Shown here in pieces: positions 20,104-30,372 of a stretch of DNA of 64,000 bases. The position numbers and the translations under genes are program-made. Location of the stretch: assembly GCA_963724765.1 (NCBI GenBank), contig CAVRVY010000001.1, forward strand, positions 544,001 through 608,000, given 5' to 3'. The DNA comes from an uncultured delta proteobacterium (lineage in GTDB: Bacteria; Desulfobacterota; Binatia; Binatales; Binataceae). Every line of letters begins with the position of its first letter. Position 1 is the stretch's first letter. Under the pieces are notes generated by a model. It was given only the letters and a program-made list of their open reading frames with translations, searched no databases and was not told the origin of the DNA.

Positions 20104-21459
20104 ATGCCATTGAAGCATCTTGAAGAAAGCGCGACGCTCAACGCCGAAGCGCTCGAATACATCCACCGCGCCGCGGAGCGGGGACTTTATGAGATCAGGG
20201 GCCTGGGCGCCAAGCGCAAGCTCGCGACCTTTGAGGACCTGGTGTTCCTGACCGCGTCGCTGTCGCGTTATCCGCTCGAGGGCTATCGCGAAAAGTGCCT
20301 GACCAGGACAGTTCTTGGAACGCGCTTCGCCAAGAAGCCCATCGAGCTCGCAATCCCCATAACTATCGCCGGAATGAGCTTCGGCGCGTTGTCGGCTCGC
20401 GCCAAGGAGGCAATCGGCCGCGCCGCTACCGCGGTCGGCACCTCTACCACCACCGGCGACGGCGGCATGACGTCCGAAGAGCGTAACGCGTCAAAGACCC
20501 TGGTCTACCAATGTTTGCCTTCGCGCTATGGGTTTAACCCTGACGATCTGCGAAGAGCCGACGCCATCGAGGTCGTGGTCGGGCAGGGCGCCAAGCCGGG
20601 CGGCGGCGGCGTTTTGCTGGGGCAAAAGATCAGCCCGAGGGTCGCCGCGATGCGGACCTTGCCGGAAGGTATCGACCAGCGCTCCGCGTGCCGGCATCCC
20701 GACTGGACGGGCTGCGACGACCTGACCATCAAGATCGCCGAACTGCGGGAGATTACCGACTGGCAAGTGCCCATCTACGTCAAAATGGGCGCCTCTCGCG
20801 TCTTCAACGACGTCAAGCTCGCCATCAAGAGCGGCGCCGACGTGATCGTGGTCGATGGCATGCAGGCCGGGACGGCGGCGACTCAGCAGGTGTTCATCGA
20901 GCATGCGGGAATACCGACTCTGCCCGCGCTGCGCGAAGCGGTCGAGGCCTTGGAAGAAATGAAGATGGTGGGCAGGGTTCAGCTCATCGTCTCGGGTGGT
21001 ATCCGTAGCGGCGCCGACGTCGCTAAGGCCCTCGCGATGGGCGCGGATGCGGTTTCGATCGGACAAGCGGTGTTGGTGGCGCTTGGCTGCAATTCGCCGC
21101 GCTGCGCGGACGGCGCCGCGCATCAGGACGTTAGCGCTGACTACGAGCGTCTCGGTACCGCTGCGGGCTACTGCCACCACTGCCATACCGGAATGTGCCC
21201 CGTGGGCATCACGACCCAATTGCCGGAACTCGAGACGAGGCTCGACCCGCAGGAGGGGGCAAAGCGGCTGCGCAATTACCTCAACGTGATGAACATGGAA
21301 CTGGTCACGCTGGCGCGCGCGTGCGGCAAGTCCGACGTCCATCATCTGGAGCGCGAGGACCTGGCCGCACTCACTATCGAGGCGGCGGCGATGGCGAAGA
21401 TTAAGTTGGCGGGAACGAACTGGATACCAGGACTGAAGGGTGAGTCGGGCCTCGAGTGA
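20104..21459 (+). CDS. mgsC: N-methylglutamate synthase subunit C (FMN-binding glutamate synthase family, GlxD)
   Basis: SRYPLEGYREKC, GMSFGALS, GQGAKPGGGG, RHPDWTG and the Fe-S motif CHHCHTGMCPVG. Confidence 0.9.
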   Translation: MPLKHLEESATLNAEALEYIHRAAERGLYEIRGLGAKRKLATFEDLVFLTASLSRYPLEGYREKCLTRTVLGTRFAKKPIELAIPITIAGMSFGALSARAKEAIGRAATAVGTSTTTGDGGMTSEERNASKTLVYQCLPSRYGFNPDDLRRADAIEVVVGQGAKPGGGGVLLGQKISPRVAAMRTLPEGIDQRSACRHPDWTGCDDLTIKIAELREITDWQVPIYVKMGASRVFNDVKLAIKSGADVIVVDGMQAGTAATQQVFIEHAGIPTLPALREAVEALEEMKMVGRVQLIVSGGIRSGADVAKALAMGADAVSIGQAVLVALGCNSPRCADGAAHQDVSADYERLGTAAGYCHHCHTGMCPVGITTQLPELETRLDPQEGAKRLRNYLNVMNMELVTLARACGKSDVHHLEREDLAALTIEAAAMAKIKLAGTNWIPGLKGESGLE

Positions 21460-22808
21460 GCGGTAGGCGGACCGGGCAGGGCAAAATGAGTCTTGGGCGA
21501 AATTCGGGAGGCGCCTTATTGAGCAATGGCGGCAATGGCGCCAGGCGCCGACTGCGATTGCCCGAGCGCTATTCCGCGTGGAGCCTGCTCCGTCACGGAC
21601 TGACGGGCGAAGATTGGCCGCGGGCGTGGCGAACGCACGATCTCAAGTCGTCCTACGACGTCGTTATCATCGGTGCCGGCGTACATGGATTGGCGACCGC
21701 TTACTACTTGGCCAGAAACCACGGCCTAACCGATGTCGCAGTGCTTGATCGGGGCTACCTGGGTGGCGGTAATTCGGGCCGCAACACCGCGATCGTCCGC
21801 TCCAACTATTTAACCCCCGAGGGGGTGCGCTTCTACAACCGTTCGGTGAAGCTGTACGAGCAATTGGCCTCCGAACTGAACTTCAACGTGATGTTCTCGC
21901 AGCCCGGCCATCTCACGCTGGCTCACACCGACAGTTCACTGCGCACGATGCGTTGGCGGGCTGAGGTCAACAAGCTTGAGGGCGTCCGGTCCGAAGTCAT
22001 CGACCCGCAGGAAATCAAGCGGTTAGTACCAGTCCTGGACGTTTCACAGGACGTGCGATACCCAATCCTCGGCGCGCTCTACCACGCCCCAGGCGGGATC
22101 ATCCGCCACGATGCAGTCAACTGGGGTTATGCACGCGGCGCCGACGCCTGCGGCATCCACATCCATCAGAAGACCGAGGTGACAGCGATCGATGTCGAGA
22201 ATGACCGCGTCGTCTCAGTGAGAACCACGCGGGGCAAGATCGCGACCAGGCACCTGCTCAACTGTACCGCAGGATATTCCAGCGTCGTATCGGCGATGGC
22301 CGGGGTAACGCTTCCAATCGTGACTCTTCCGCTGCAAGCGGCGGTGACCGAACCGATTAGGCATTTCCTCGGAGCCGTAATAGTCTCAGGCACCCTGCAT
22401 GTCTACGTAAGTCAGACCGATCGCGGCGAGATGGTCTTCGGTGCCAGCGTCGATCCGTTCGGATCCTATTCGATGCGTGGTTCGCTGGAATTCACCGAGG
22501 AGTTGGCGGGCCAGGTGCTCGAACTGATTCCGTCCATCGCCAAGGTCCGGCTGGTACGCCAATGGGCGGGGTTGTGCGACATGACTCCGGATTTCTCGCC
22601 GGTCATGGGTGTCACACCGGTCCAGGGATTTTATGTCGACGTCGGATGGGGCACCTACGGCTTCAAAGCCGGTCCGGTATCCGGTGAGACGATGGCGCAA
22701 CTGGTCGCAAGCGGAAAGACGCCCGAGCTGATCGCACCGTTCAGTCTTGCGCGCTTCCTGGAGGGTCGCCTGGTGGGCGAAAAAGGCGCCGCTTCGGTAG
22801 GCCATTGA
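21456..22808 (+). CDS. mgdA: N-methylglutamate dehydrogenase / sarcosine oxidase beta-like subunit
   Basis: FAD-binding IIGAGVHG, GGNSGRNT, RHDAVNWGYA and GWGTYGFKA motifs; follows mgsABC. Confidence 0.82.
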   Translation: MSGRRTGQGKMSLGRNSGGALLSNGGNGARRRLRLPERYSAWSLLRHGLTGEDWPRAWRTHDLKSSYDVVIIGAGVHGLATAYYLARNHGLTDVAVLDRGYLGGGNSGRNTAIVRSNYLTPEGVRFYNRSVKLYEQLASELNFNVMFSQPGHLTLAHTDSSLRTMRWRAEVNKLEGVRSEVIDPQEIKRLVPVLDVSQDVRYPILGALYHAPGGIIRHDAVNWGYARGADACGIHIHQKTEVTAIDVENDRVVSVRTTRGKIATRHLLNCTAGYSSVVSAMAGVTLPIVTLPLQAAVTEPIRHFLGAVIVSGTLHVYVSQTDRGEMVFGASVDPFGSYSMRGSLEFTEELAGQVLELIPSIAKVRLVRQWAGLCDMTPDFSPVMGVTPVQGFYVDVGWGTYGFKAGPVSGETMAQLVASGKTPELIAPFSLARFLEGRLVGEKGAASVGH

Positions 22809-22838
22809 ACATGGTGCGTCTTCGGAAAGGAGTGCCGG

Positions 22839-23171
22839 ATGATATTGGTGCCATGTCCATATTGCGGGCCGCGTAACGTTTCGGAATTTCGCTGGGGCGG
22901 GGAAATCAAGCCCCGCCCCGACCCCAATGGCGCCAGCACAGAGCAGTGGCGCGACTACCTATACCTCAAACGCAACCAGGCCGGATGGATCACGGAGACC
23001 TGGTGCCATCAGGCTGGATGCGGCCGATACTTTCGCAGTGAGCGCCATACAATTACCAACGAAATTCGTGCCACTTATGTTGGAAGCGAACGGCAGCCGG
23101 TCTCTGCGAGCGTCGAAGCGGAACCTCCGGCGCAACCTGATACCGCTGGAATCCCGGTTGTGCGCCGATGA
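22839..23171 (+). CDS. mgdB: N-methylglutamate dehydrogenase / sarcosine oxidase delta-like subunit
   Basis: Zn-binding CPYCGPR...EF...W.H..GC motif. Confidence 0.82.
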   Translation: MILVPCPYCGPRNVSEFRWGGEIKPRPDPNGASTEQWRDYLYLKRNQAGWITETWCHQAGCGRYFRSERHTITNEIRATYVGSERQPVSASVEAEPPAQPDTAGIPVVRR

Positions 23172-25963
23172 CCGTGTCAATGACTAATCGGCTCGCGCCG
23201 CAACCTGGAGAGGTTGTCAATCGGGGCGAGCACTTCAGCTTCACCTGGAACGGTGTGACCTTTCCCGCCTTCGCGGGAGACACTATCGTCTCCGCGCTCG
23301 CTGCCTGCGGCGTGCGGATCTTTTCGCGCAGCTACAAATACCATCGCCCGCATGGAATCCTGACCGCTGACTATCTCGACCCTTCCTGCACGATGCAGGT
23401 TGGCGATGAACCGAATGTGCGTGCCGCGCATCGATTGGTGAAGAGCGGGTTGCAGGTCAAGGCTCAAAACGCATGGCCGTCACTGAGTTTTGATCTCAAA
23501 TCCGCAAACCGGCTGATGGCCAGGTTCATGGGACCCGGGTTCTACTACAAGACCTTCATGTGGCCTCGACGCTGGTGGCCCTTTTATGAGCGCATCCTCA
23601 GACGTTTCATCACGGGCGGAGAAATCAATCCGCATGCCGAACACGGTTACTACGATAAGCGTTATGCGCACCCGGATGTTTTGGTCGCGGGCGGCGGACC
23701 CGCTGGTATGGCGGCCGCCGTGGCGGCGGCAAAGACCGGCGCGCAGGTGATGTTGGTTGAGGAAGGGCATCAACTCGGAGGCCATCTCCGATGGGGCGAC
23801 GAGCGCCAGTTGAAGTTGCTGGATCAGCTTCGCAACGAAGTGCTCGCTCAGCCAGAAATCGAGGTGCTGACCGATTCCGTGGTTACAGGCCGCTACGACG
23901 GCAACTGGGTAGCGGTCGTCCAGCGCAGTCTGCCCGGGGTCGTCGAAAGGCTAATCAAGGCGCGCGTCAAGGGGTTGATCGTTGCGCCCGGCCTAATCGA
24001 GCGTCCTTACGTGTTTGAGGGAAACGATCTGCCGGGCGTGATGCTGTCGGGAGCGGTGCGGCGTCTGATCAACCTCTACGCTGTCAGGCCCGGCTCGCGG
24101 GCGGTGGTCTTCACCGCTAATGACCAGGGCGATCAGGCCGTGGTCGACCTTCGGCGCGTCAACGTGGAGGTTGCGGCGGTCGTCGATGCGCGGCGCGGAG
24201 ATGGCATCGTACGGGCTTATGGCCGCAACGGAGTGCGCAGCGTAGAGCTGGCCAATGGCGTGCGGGTGAATTGCGATCTGCTGGTGGTTGCCGCGGGCTG
24301 GACCGCGCCCGGCCTCCTGCTGAACATGGCCGGCGACAAGCCCAGATATGAGGCCGCTGCCGCGCGCTTCCTTCCGGGCGGTAACCTTCCCGACGACGTT
24401 TTTGCGGCGGGAGGTTTGGCCGGCGATGGTTCGATCGGGGAGCTGATCGGTCACGCTCAGGCGGTTGGCCAAGCGGCGGCCGCCCGCGCAGGATACGGTT
24501 CGCGGCCAGTGATCCCGCAACTCGCAGTGCACAATCATCCGCCACTGTTCCGCAGTCGTACCCACGGAACAGTCGATTGGTGTGAGGACGTGTCTTCAGC
24601 GGATATATGCTCCGCGGTCAAGGAAGGCTACGACTCCATCGAGTTGGTCAAGCGGTATACCACTTCAACGATGGGCCCTACGCAAGGAAAATTGGAGACC
24701 ATCAACACGATGGCGATCGTGGCCGAGATGCTAGGGCATAGCATCGAGGAAACCGGGACGACCGTTTGGCGGCCTCCCTACGCGCCAATCACGCTTGGAG
24801 GATTGGCCGGGCGGCGCATGGAGCCGATGTACGTTTCGCCAATGCAGCCGTGGCACGAGGCTCATAAGGCAGCGCCGCTCGTCGCAGGGCGGTGGATTCG
24901 CCCGGAGCATTACGGGGATCCACAGTCGGAAGTCACCAACACGCGCACCAACGTCGGAATCATCGATGTGACGCCTTTGGGCAAGTACCTATTGCACGGC
25001 CCGGACACCATCAAACTGCTCAACCTTTTATACGTCAACGACTGGTCGGCGCTCGCGGTAGGTTCCGCCCAGTACGGCCTGATGTGTGGCGAAGACGGTG
25101 TGGTGCTCGACGACGGCGTCACCGCTCGCATTGCTGCCGATGAGTACTTCATGACGACCACCTCGTCGGGCGCTGCCGCCGTGGGCCAATGGATCGAGTC
25201 CTGGCTCCAAGGCTCCAGCGACAATTGGCTCGTGCACGTCGTTCCCGCCACGGACGCTTTCGCATCGATGAACGTCGCGGGCCCCAAGTCGGTCGAACTG
25301 CTTCGGCGGTTGACCGAGGAAGTCGATTTGCATACCGCAGCCTTTCCATACATGGGAGCGCGCAAGGGCCGCGTTGCCGGCGTGGATGGTTGCTATCTGC
25401 TGCGCCTGGGCTTCACCGGGGAGCTGAGCTACGAGTTACATGTGCCGGCCAGCTATGGACTGTACGTATGGGAAAGGTTGATCGATTGCGGGCACGATCT
25501 CGGAATTCAAGCTTTTGGCATCGAAGCGCAGCGTATCATGCGGCTGGAAAAAGGGCACGTCATTATCGGACAGGATACCGATGGACTGACGCAGGCGCTG
25601 AGCCTTGGCCTTAAGAAGTTCGTAAAGTTCGCAAAGACCGATTTCGTCGGCAAACCCGAACTCAAGTGGCAGACCGAGCGGAATGACTATCCGCGGCTGG
25701 TTGGCTTATGGCCCTCCGATCCCAACGTGGTGCCGCCTGAGGCGAGCCTTATAGTCAACGGCGACAGGATCCTGGGGCGAGTCACTTCGAGTCGTATGTC
25801 GCCTACGCTGCGGCGTTCGATCTGCATGGCGCTCCTTGACGAAGCTTCGTCGAAGGCCGGCACTCGCCTGACTATCCGATTGCCCGACGGCGAGCGTATC
25901 TCCGCGCAGGTCGCCGAGCGACGAATCCACTTCGATCCGCAAGGGACAAGACTGCGTGGCTGA
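23168..25963 (+). CDS. mgdC: N-methylglutamate dehydrogenase / sarcosine oxidase alpha-like subunit (GcvT-like C-terminus)
   Basis: GDTIVSALAA, SRSYKYHRP, GGGPAG, KRYTT..MGPTQGK, DVTPLGK, GFTGELSYE and RLEKG motifs. Confidence 0.85.
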   Translation: MTVSMTNRLAPQPGEVVNRGEHFSFTWNGVTFPAFAGDTIVSALAACGVRIFSRSYKYHRPHGILTADYLDPSCTMQVGDEPNVRAAHRLVKSGLQVKAQNAWPSLSFDLKSANRLMARFMGPGFYYKTFMWPRRWWPFYERILRRFITGGEINPHAEHGYYDKRYAHPDVLVAGGGPAGMAAAVAAAKTGAQVMLVEEGHQLGGHLRWGDERQLKLLDQLRNEVLAQPEIEVLTDSVVTGRYDGNWVAVVQRSLPGVVERLIKARVKGLIVAPGLIERPYVFEGNDLPGVMLSGAVRRLINLYAVRPGSRAVVFTANDQGDQAVVDLRRVNVEVAAVVDARRGDGIVRAYGRNGVRSVELANGVRVNCDLLVVAAGWTAPGLLLNMAGDKPRYEAAAARFLPGGNLPDDVFAAGGLAGDGSIGELIGHAQAVGQAAAARAGYGSRPVIPQLAVHNHPPLFRSRTHGTVDWCEDVSSADICSAVKEGYDSIELVKRYTTSTMGPTQGKLETINTMAIVAEMLGHSIEETGTTVWRPPYAPITLGGLAGRRMEPMYVSPMQPWHEAHKAAPLVAGRWIRPEHYGDPQSEVTNTRTNVGIIDVTPLGKYLLHGPDTIKLLNLLYVNDWSALAVGSAQYGLMCGEDGVVLDDGVTARIAADEYFMTTTSSGAAAVGQWIESWLQGSSDNWLVHVVPATDAFASMNVAGPKSVELLRRLTEEVDLHTAAFPYMGARKGRVAGVDGCYLLRLGFTGELSYELHVPASYGLYVWERLIDCGHDLGIQAFGIEAQRIMRLEKGHVIIGQDTDGLTQALSLGLKKFVKFAKTDFVGKPELKWQTERNDYPRLVGLWPSDPNVVPPEASLIVNGDRILGRVTSSRMSPTLRRSICMALLDEASSKAGTRLTIRLPDGERISAQVAERRIHFDPQGTRLRG

Positions 25964-26615
25964 AACGATCCCTATAGCGCGTAGCCCGATAGCGCCGGCG
26001 CCTCCTGTCACTGTGGTCGCCGGATGGAAGATATCGGCGAAGCATTCCTCGGCGCCCCTGCGGCTGATCGATTGCACGCCATGCCAGAAGATCCTGATAC
26101 GCGCAAGTGCAGAGAGCACGGCCGCCCACACTCTGGGTATTGGCCGGGGCCGCGCCGGGCGCGACGATTCCGGACGTCTGGTAGCCGGAATAGCTCCCGA
26201 AGAGTGGCTGATGATCGGTCCACCGGGCACGTCTATACCGTCGCATCTGACAACGAGCATCGACGGCGGCCCCGAGCTAATAACTATCGTGGACGTCACA
26301 CACGCGCGCGCCTTGATACGTATAGTCGGGACGAACAGCGCAAAAGTCATGTCCAAACTGTGTGGCGTCGACTTTGGCGACAAGGCGACTCCCAATAACA
26401 CCGCATTGCGCACTTCGGCGGCCGGGCTAGTAGTTGAAATAGTGCGTAGCGACCTCGCTAATCACGCCCGCGGTGCGTTGGCCTCTGATATGACGGCCCG
26501 CAGCTATTTAATCCTTTGCGAACGTTCGGCCGGGCAGTATCTGTTCAACATCCTTCTGGACGCAGGCGAAGAGTTTGAAGTGGATATAGAAGGCTTCGGG
26601 GTAAGCGGGCTGTGA
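25956..26615 (+). CDS. mgdD: N-methylglutamate dehydrogenase / sarcosine oxidase gamma-like subunit
   Basis: APEEWL, VDVTHAR and RSAGQYL...LLDAG motifs; last gene of the beta-delta-alpha-gamma order. Confidence 0.78.
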   Translation: MAETIPIARSPIAPAPPVTVVAGWKISAKHSSAPLRLIDCTPCQKILIRASAESTAAHTLGIGRGRAGRDDSGRLVAGIAPEEWLMIGPPGTSIPSHLTTSIDGGPELITIVDVTHARALIRIVGTNSAKVMSKLCGVDFGDKATPNNTALRTSAAGLVVEIVRSDLANHARGALASDMTARSYLILCERSAGQYLFNILLDAGEEFEVDIEGFGVSGL

Positions 26616-26790
26616 TTCTGCTTGCAAGGATCGAAACAAGCATTTGTCCTTCTCGTGAAGTTCGCGTGACGCGACTCGGCGCGGCTATCGTGAACCCTCG
26701 TGCACGAGCTGGGTGAAGGCTGATCATGTGAAGTAGGGTAACGCTCGAGCGCAACTACAGGAGATTTGTCATGGGCAACATAAACATGCC

Positions 26791-27201
26791 TGTGCTTAGT
26801 CAAAACCTAAACCCTTACATATTGGTGGTGCAGCCCACCCAGAATTGAAATGGCTGCGATGGGGCCGAGCTTCTGTGGGCGTCGAAAATCCGGCGCATTC
26901 TTGTCCAATGAGAGATGCGTCCGCACCTGGTTATAATAGGAAGCGTAATTCTTCAGAACGCGACGCAACTGCGCTTCGTCGAACACGACCAAGTGATCGA
27001 GGCTTTCGCGCCGGATCGAGCCGATGAGGCGCTCGACGTGGCCGTTCTGCCACGGTGAACGCGGCGCGGTCGGATGATCGCGGATCCCCATTGCCCGAAT
27101 GCGCTGGGCGTAGGCTGGACCGAATGCTCCGTCACGGTCGCGAATCAGATGACTTGGCGTTTCGTCCCAGGGGAAAGCGTCAGTCACCTGTCCAGCGATC
27201 C
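26791..27201 (-). mobile_element. Inverted partial copy (right-end 411 bp) of the adjacent IS481-like element
   Basis: Reverse complement of 27887-28297; one substitution noticed (AYAQ vs AYTQ). Carries the TGTGCTTAGTCAAAACC end. Confidence 0.9.
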
Positions 27202-28297
27202 TGTGCCTCCCGAAAACCTCATCCTGGATGACACGCGGGTAAGCGTATGGTAATGAAGCGGCCGATGGTGGCGTTTCTGAGCCAGCTGCTGCTTGCTATC
27301 CGGTCGCGGTTCACGGGGCGCGCGCGGCTTGAGGCCGAGAATCTCCTCCTGCGCCAACAACTGGTAGTTCGACGGCGCAAGTCCCCGACGCGCGTAAGAC
27401 TGTGGAACATCGATCGCCTGCTGTTGGTATGGCTGTATCGACTTTACCCATCGCTCCTGGACGCCATCATCATCGTCCAGCCGGAGACCGTGCTCCGCTG
27501 GCACCGACGTGGTTTCCGCGCCTACTGGCGCTGGAAGTCCCGCCACGTCGGCGGCCGTCCACGGATCGATACCGAGTTTCGAGCGCTGATCCGGCGGATG
27601 AGCCGCGAGAACCCGCTGTGGGGCGCACCGCGGATCCACGGCGAATTGTTGATGCTTGGCATCGAAGTCGCTGAATCAACCGTCGGCAGGTATATGGTCC
27701 GGCGCCGCCGACCACCGTCCCAAGGTTGGAAGACTTTCTTGCGCAATCACGTTGGCGGCATCGCTTCGCTGGATCTGTTCGTCGTACGCACGATCTCGTT
27801 CAAGCTGCTCTATGGCTTGGTGATCCTGCGTCACGCCCGCAGGCGGCTAGTCATGATCAGCGTCACTACCAATCCGACTGCCGAGTGGATCGCTGGACAG
27901 GTGACTGACGCTTTCCCCTGGGACGAAACGCCAAGTCATCTGATTCGCGACCGTGACGGAGCATTCGGTCCAGCCTACACCCAGCGCATTCGGGCAATGG
28001 GGATCCGCGATCATCCGACCGCGCCGCGTTCACCGTGGCAGAACGGCCACGTCGAGCGCCTCATCGGCTCGATCCGGCGCGAAAGCCTCGATCACTTGGT
28101 CGTGTTCGACGAAGCGCAGTTGCGTCGCGTTCTGAAGAATTACGCTTCCTATTATAACCAGGTGCGGACGCATCTCTCATTGGACAAGAATGCGCCGGAT
28201 TTTCGACGCCCACAGAAGCTCGGCCCCATCGCAGCCATTTCAATTCTGGGTGGGCTGCACCACCAATATGTAAGGGTTTAGGTTTTGACTAAGCACA
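27202..28297 (+). mobile_element. IS481/IS3-like insertion sequence with rve integrase-core transposase (CDS 27247-28281)
   Basis: TGT...ACA ends with imperfect IRs TGTGCCTCCCGAAAACC / TGTGCTTAGTCAAAACC. DDE contexts LDLF, IRDRDG and QNGHVER; WGAPRIHGEL. Confidence 0.85.
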
Positions 28298-28299
28298 AC

Positions 28300-28446
28300 C
28301 ATCTCGACTATCGGACATTACGGGACCAGCGCGAGCGGCTCGGATGCCGACGACTGGTACTCACACACATGAGCGAAGATATGCTGCGCCGTGTGGGGGA
28401 TCTGGAGGTTGAATACGCAGACGACGGGCGGATCATAGAGTTGTAG
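28300..28446 (+). pseudogene. C-terminal remnant of an MBL-fold metallo-hydrolase
   Basis: Hand translation HLDYRTL...RRLVLTHMSEDML...ADDGRIIEL*; begins right at the IS end. Confidence 0.55.
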
Positions 28447-28459
28447 TTGCAAAGACGCT

Positions 28460-29780
28460 TAGCCGGATGTTGAGAAGTTCCTCTCCGTCGGATCGACGGA
28501 TCGTTTCGGATCTGTATAGTGGAACGAGGCCAGCGGGGTTGAGGAGGAAGAGGAAGATGCGTGGATACGATCGGCCACAGACGACGATGCTGATCTTGGT
28601 GAACCCCGAGCAGCGGGTCCCGGCCAACCATCCGATCAGGATGATCAAGCCGCTAGCTGAGGTGGCGCTCAAAGAACTCTCGCCGTTGTTCGAGCAGATG
28701 TACAGGAAGTGGGCCGACCCTCGATCCCGCCGGAGCGGTTGTTGAAAGCCTCGCTCTTGATGGTGCTCTATACGGTGCGTAGCGAGCGGATGTTTTGCGA
28801 GCAGTTGGACTACAACCTTTTGTTCGGTGGTTCCTGGATATGAATTGGGACGAGCCGGGCTTCGACCACTCGACCTTTAGCCGCAACCGAGCACGCTTGC
28901 TGGAGCACGACGTGGCGGGCGAGTTTTTCCGCACTGTGGTGGCGGAGGCTCGCGAGTTGAAGCTGACCAGCGACGAGCACTTTACGGTGGACGGCACGCT
29001 GATCGAGGCGTGGGCGTCGCTCAAGAGCCTGCGCCCCAAGGGCGAGGACCCGAGCGATCGTACACCGCCTGATGATCCGGGTAATCCGAGCGTGAACTTC
29101 CACGGCGAGCGGCGCCAAAACGCAACCCACCAGTCGACGACCGATCCCGAAGCGCGGCTGGCGAAGAAGGGCGCCGGCAAAGAGGCCAGGCTCTGTTACA
29201 CCGAAAGCGTGCTGATGGAGAATCGCAACGGCATTATGATCGATCTGCGCGTGGGTCAGGCCACTGGTCGGGCCGAATGTGAGCAGGGACTGGAGATGCT
29301 GGAAGAAGTAGGTGGGTTTCACCGGATCACGGTTGCGGCGGACAAGGGTTACGATCGGGCCGAGTTCGTTGCGGGCTGCCGTGCGCTCAACGTCACGCCG
29401 CATGTGGCGCAAAATGAGTGGCGGCCAGGTGGCTCGGCGCTCGACCTGCGGACGACCAGTTGGCCCGGGTACGCGGTGAGTCAGCGCGTGCGCAAACGGG
29501 TCGAGGAGATCTTCGGCTGGATCAAGACGGTTGGCAACTTCCGTCGCACCCGCTATCGCGGCTTGGAGCGGACCAGCCTTGCTGCCTACCTGGTCGGCGC
29601 TGCCTACAACCTCCTCAGGATCGCGAAACTCTGTTCCAGTGGATGAATCGAGCCGCCAGCGAACGGCACCTGCCGCCGCCCGGCGTCCAACAACCGACCA
29701 GGCGACCTTAATACTCACTTCGTCATCTTGATCAAACCAAGACAAGTTCGCGATTCGCTCCTTTCCTCAACACCCTGCTA
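28460..29780 (+). mobile_element. IS5-family element with frameshifted transposase (28557-29646)
   Basis: IRs TAGCCGGATGTTGAGAA / TAGCAGGGTGTTGAGGA. GRPSIPPERLL, DHSTFSRNR, VDGTLI, ADKGYD and RKRVEEIFGW motifs. Frameshifts near 28705 and 28820. Confidence 0.85.
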
Positions 29781-29863
29781 GGGAGAAAGAAACGGCCCGC
29801 GCGAGTCTTCTCCTGACCTTCTACCTGCTGCTTCTCCTTCGCGGCAATCTCCTGTTCGGTCAT
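29781..29863 (-). pseudogene. N-terminal stub of an Hsp20 small heat-shock protein, cut by IS5
   Basis: AAGGAGG RBS then MTEQEIAAKEKQQVEGQEKTRAGRFFLP, ending at the IS boundary. Confidence 0.55.
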
Positions 29864-29912
29864 TGTCGGTTTCCTCCTTTAAGGGTGCCTCGAATCCTGC
29901 GCACCCGTGGTC

Positions 29913-30015
29913 CTAAGCCGGTTTCACCGCGATCTGACGCGGCTTCGCCGACTCCGCCTTGGGTACCCTAACCGTCGGCATCCCGGCCTCGTAGCCGGCG
30001 GCCGCCTTGTCGTTC
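29913..30015 (-). pseudogene. C-terminal remnant of an upstream Hsp20 gene
   Basis: DKAAAGYEAGMPTVRVPKAESAKPRQIAVK* resembles the alpha-crystallin C-terminus, including the IXV motif. Confidence 0.6.
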
Positions 30016-30372
30016 CCCCCAACCCCCCGCATCTTTCCCTCGGCCTCCAAATTCAGTAAGAGGCCGAGCGGAAAGATGCTCACTATGAGCCTTTCTCCAG
30101 ATACAAGGGCCGCGCGGAAAAATGTTGCGTATTGAGAGCTGGTCAGCGCTGTGCTAGCCGCCGGCCAGCCGCGCTTTCTCACTTGCGTCTCGAAGACTTT
30201 GAAGCCGGGCAGAAGAAGCAACTTCGGTTAGCTTTGGAGCCGCGGCTTGCGTTTGTCATCGCGACCGAGGGAGTTTTCTGAGATGCTTGATTGAGCGCTC
30301 CGCACAGGGCTCCAAGAACTAAGTTCGAACGCCTCGTGAACATTCGTACTCGCGGTCGAGGCCGCTGCCGCT

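Noticed and set aside
21456-26615. Stand-alone sarcosine oxidase soxBDAG
   Set aside because: Sequence alone cannot separate it from Mgd, but its position directly after gmaS-mgsABC favours N-methylglutamate dehydrogenase.
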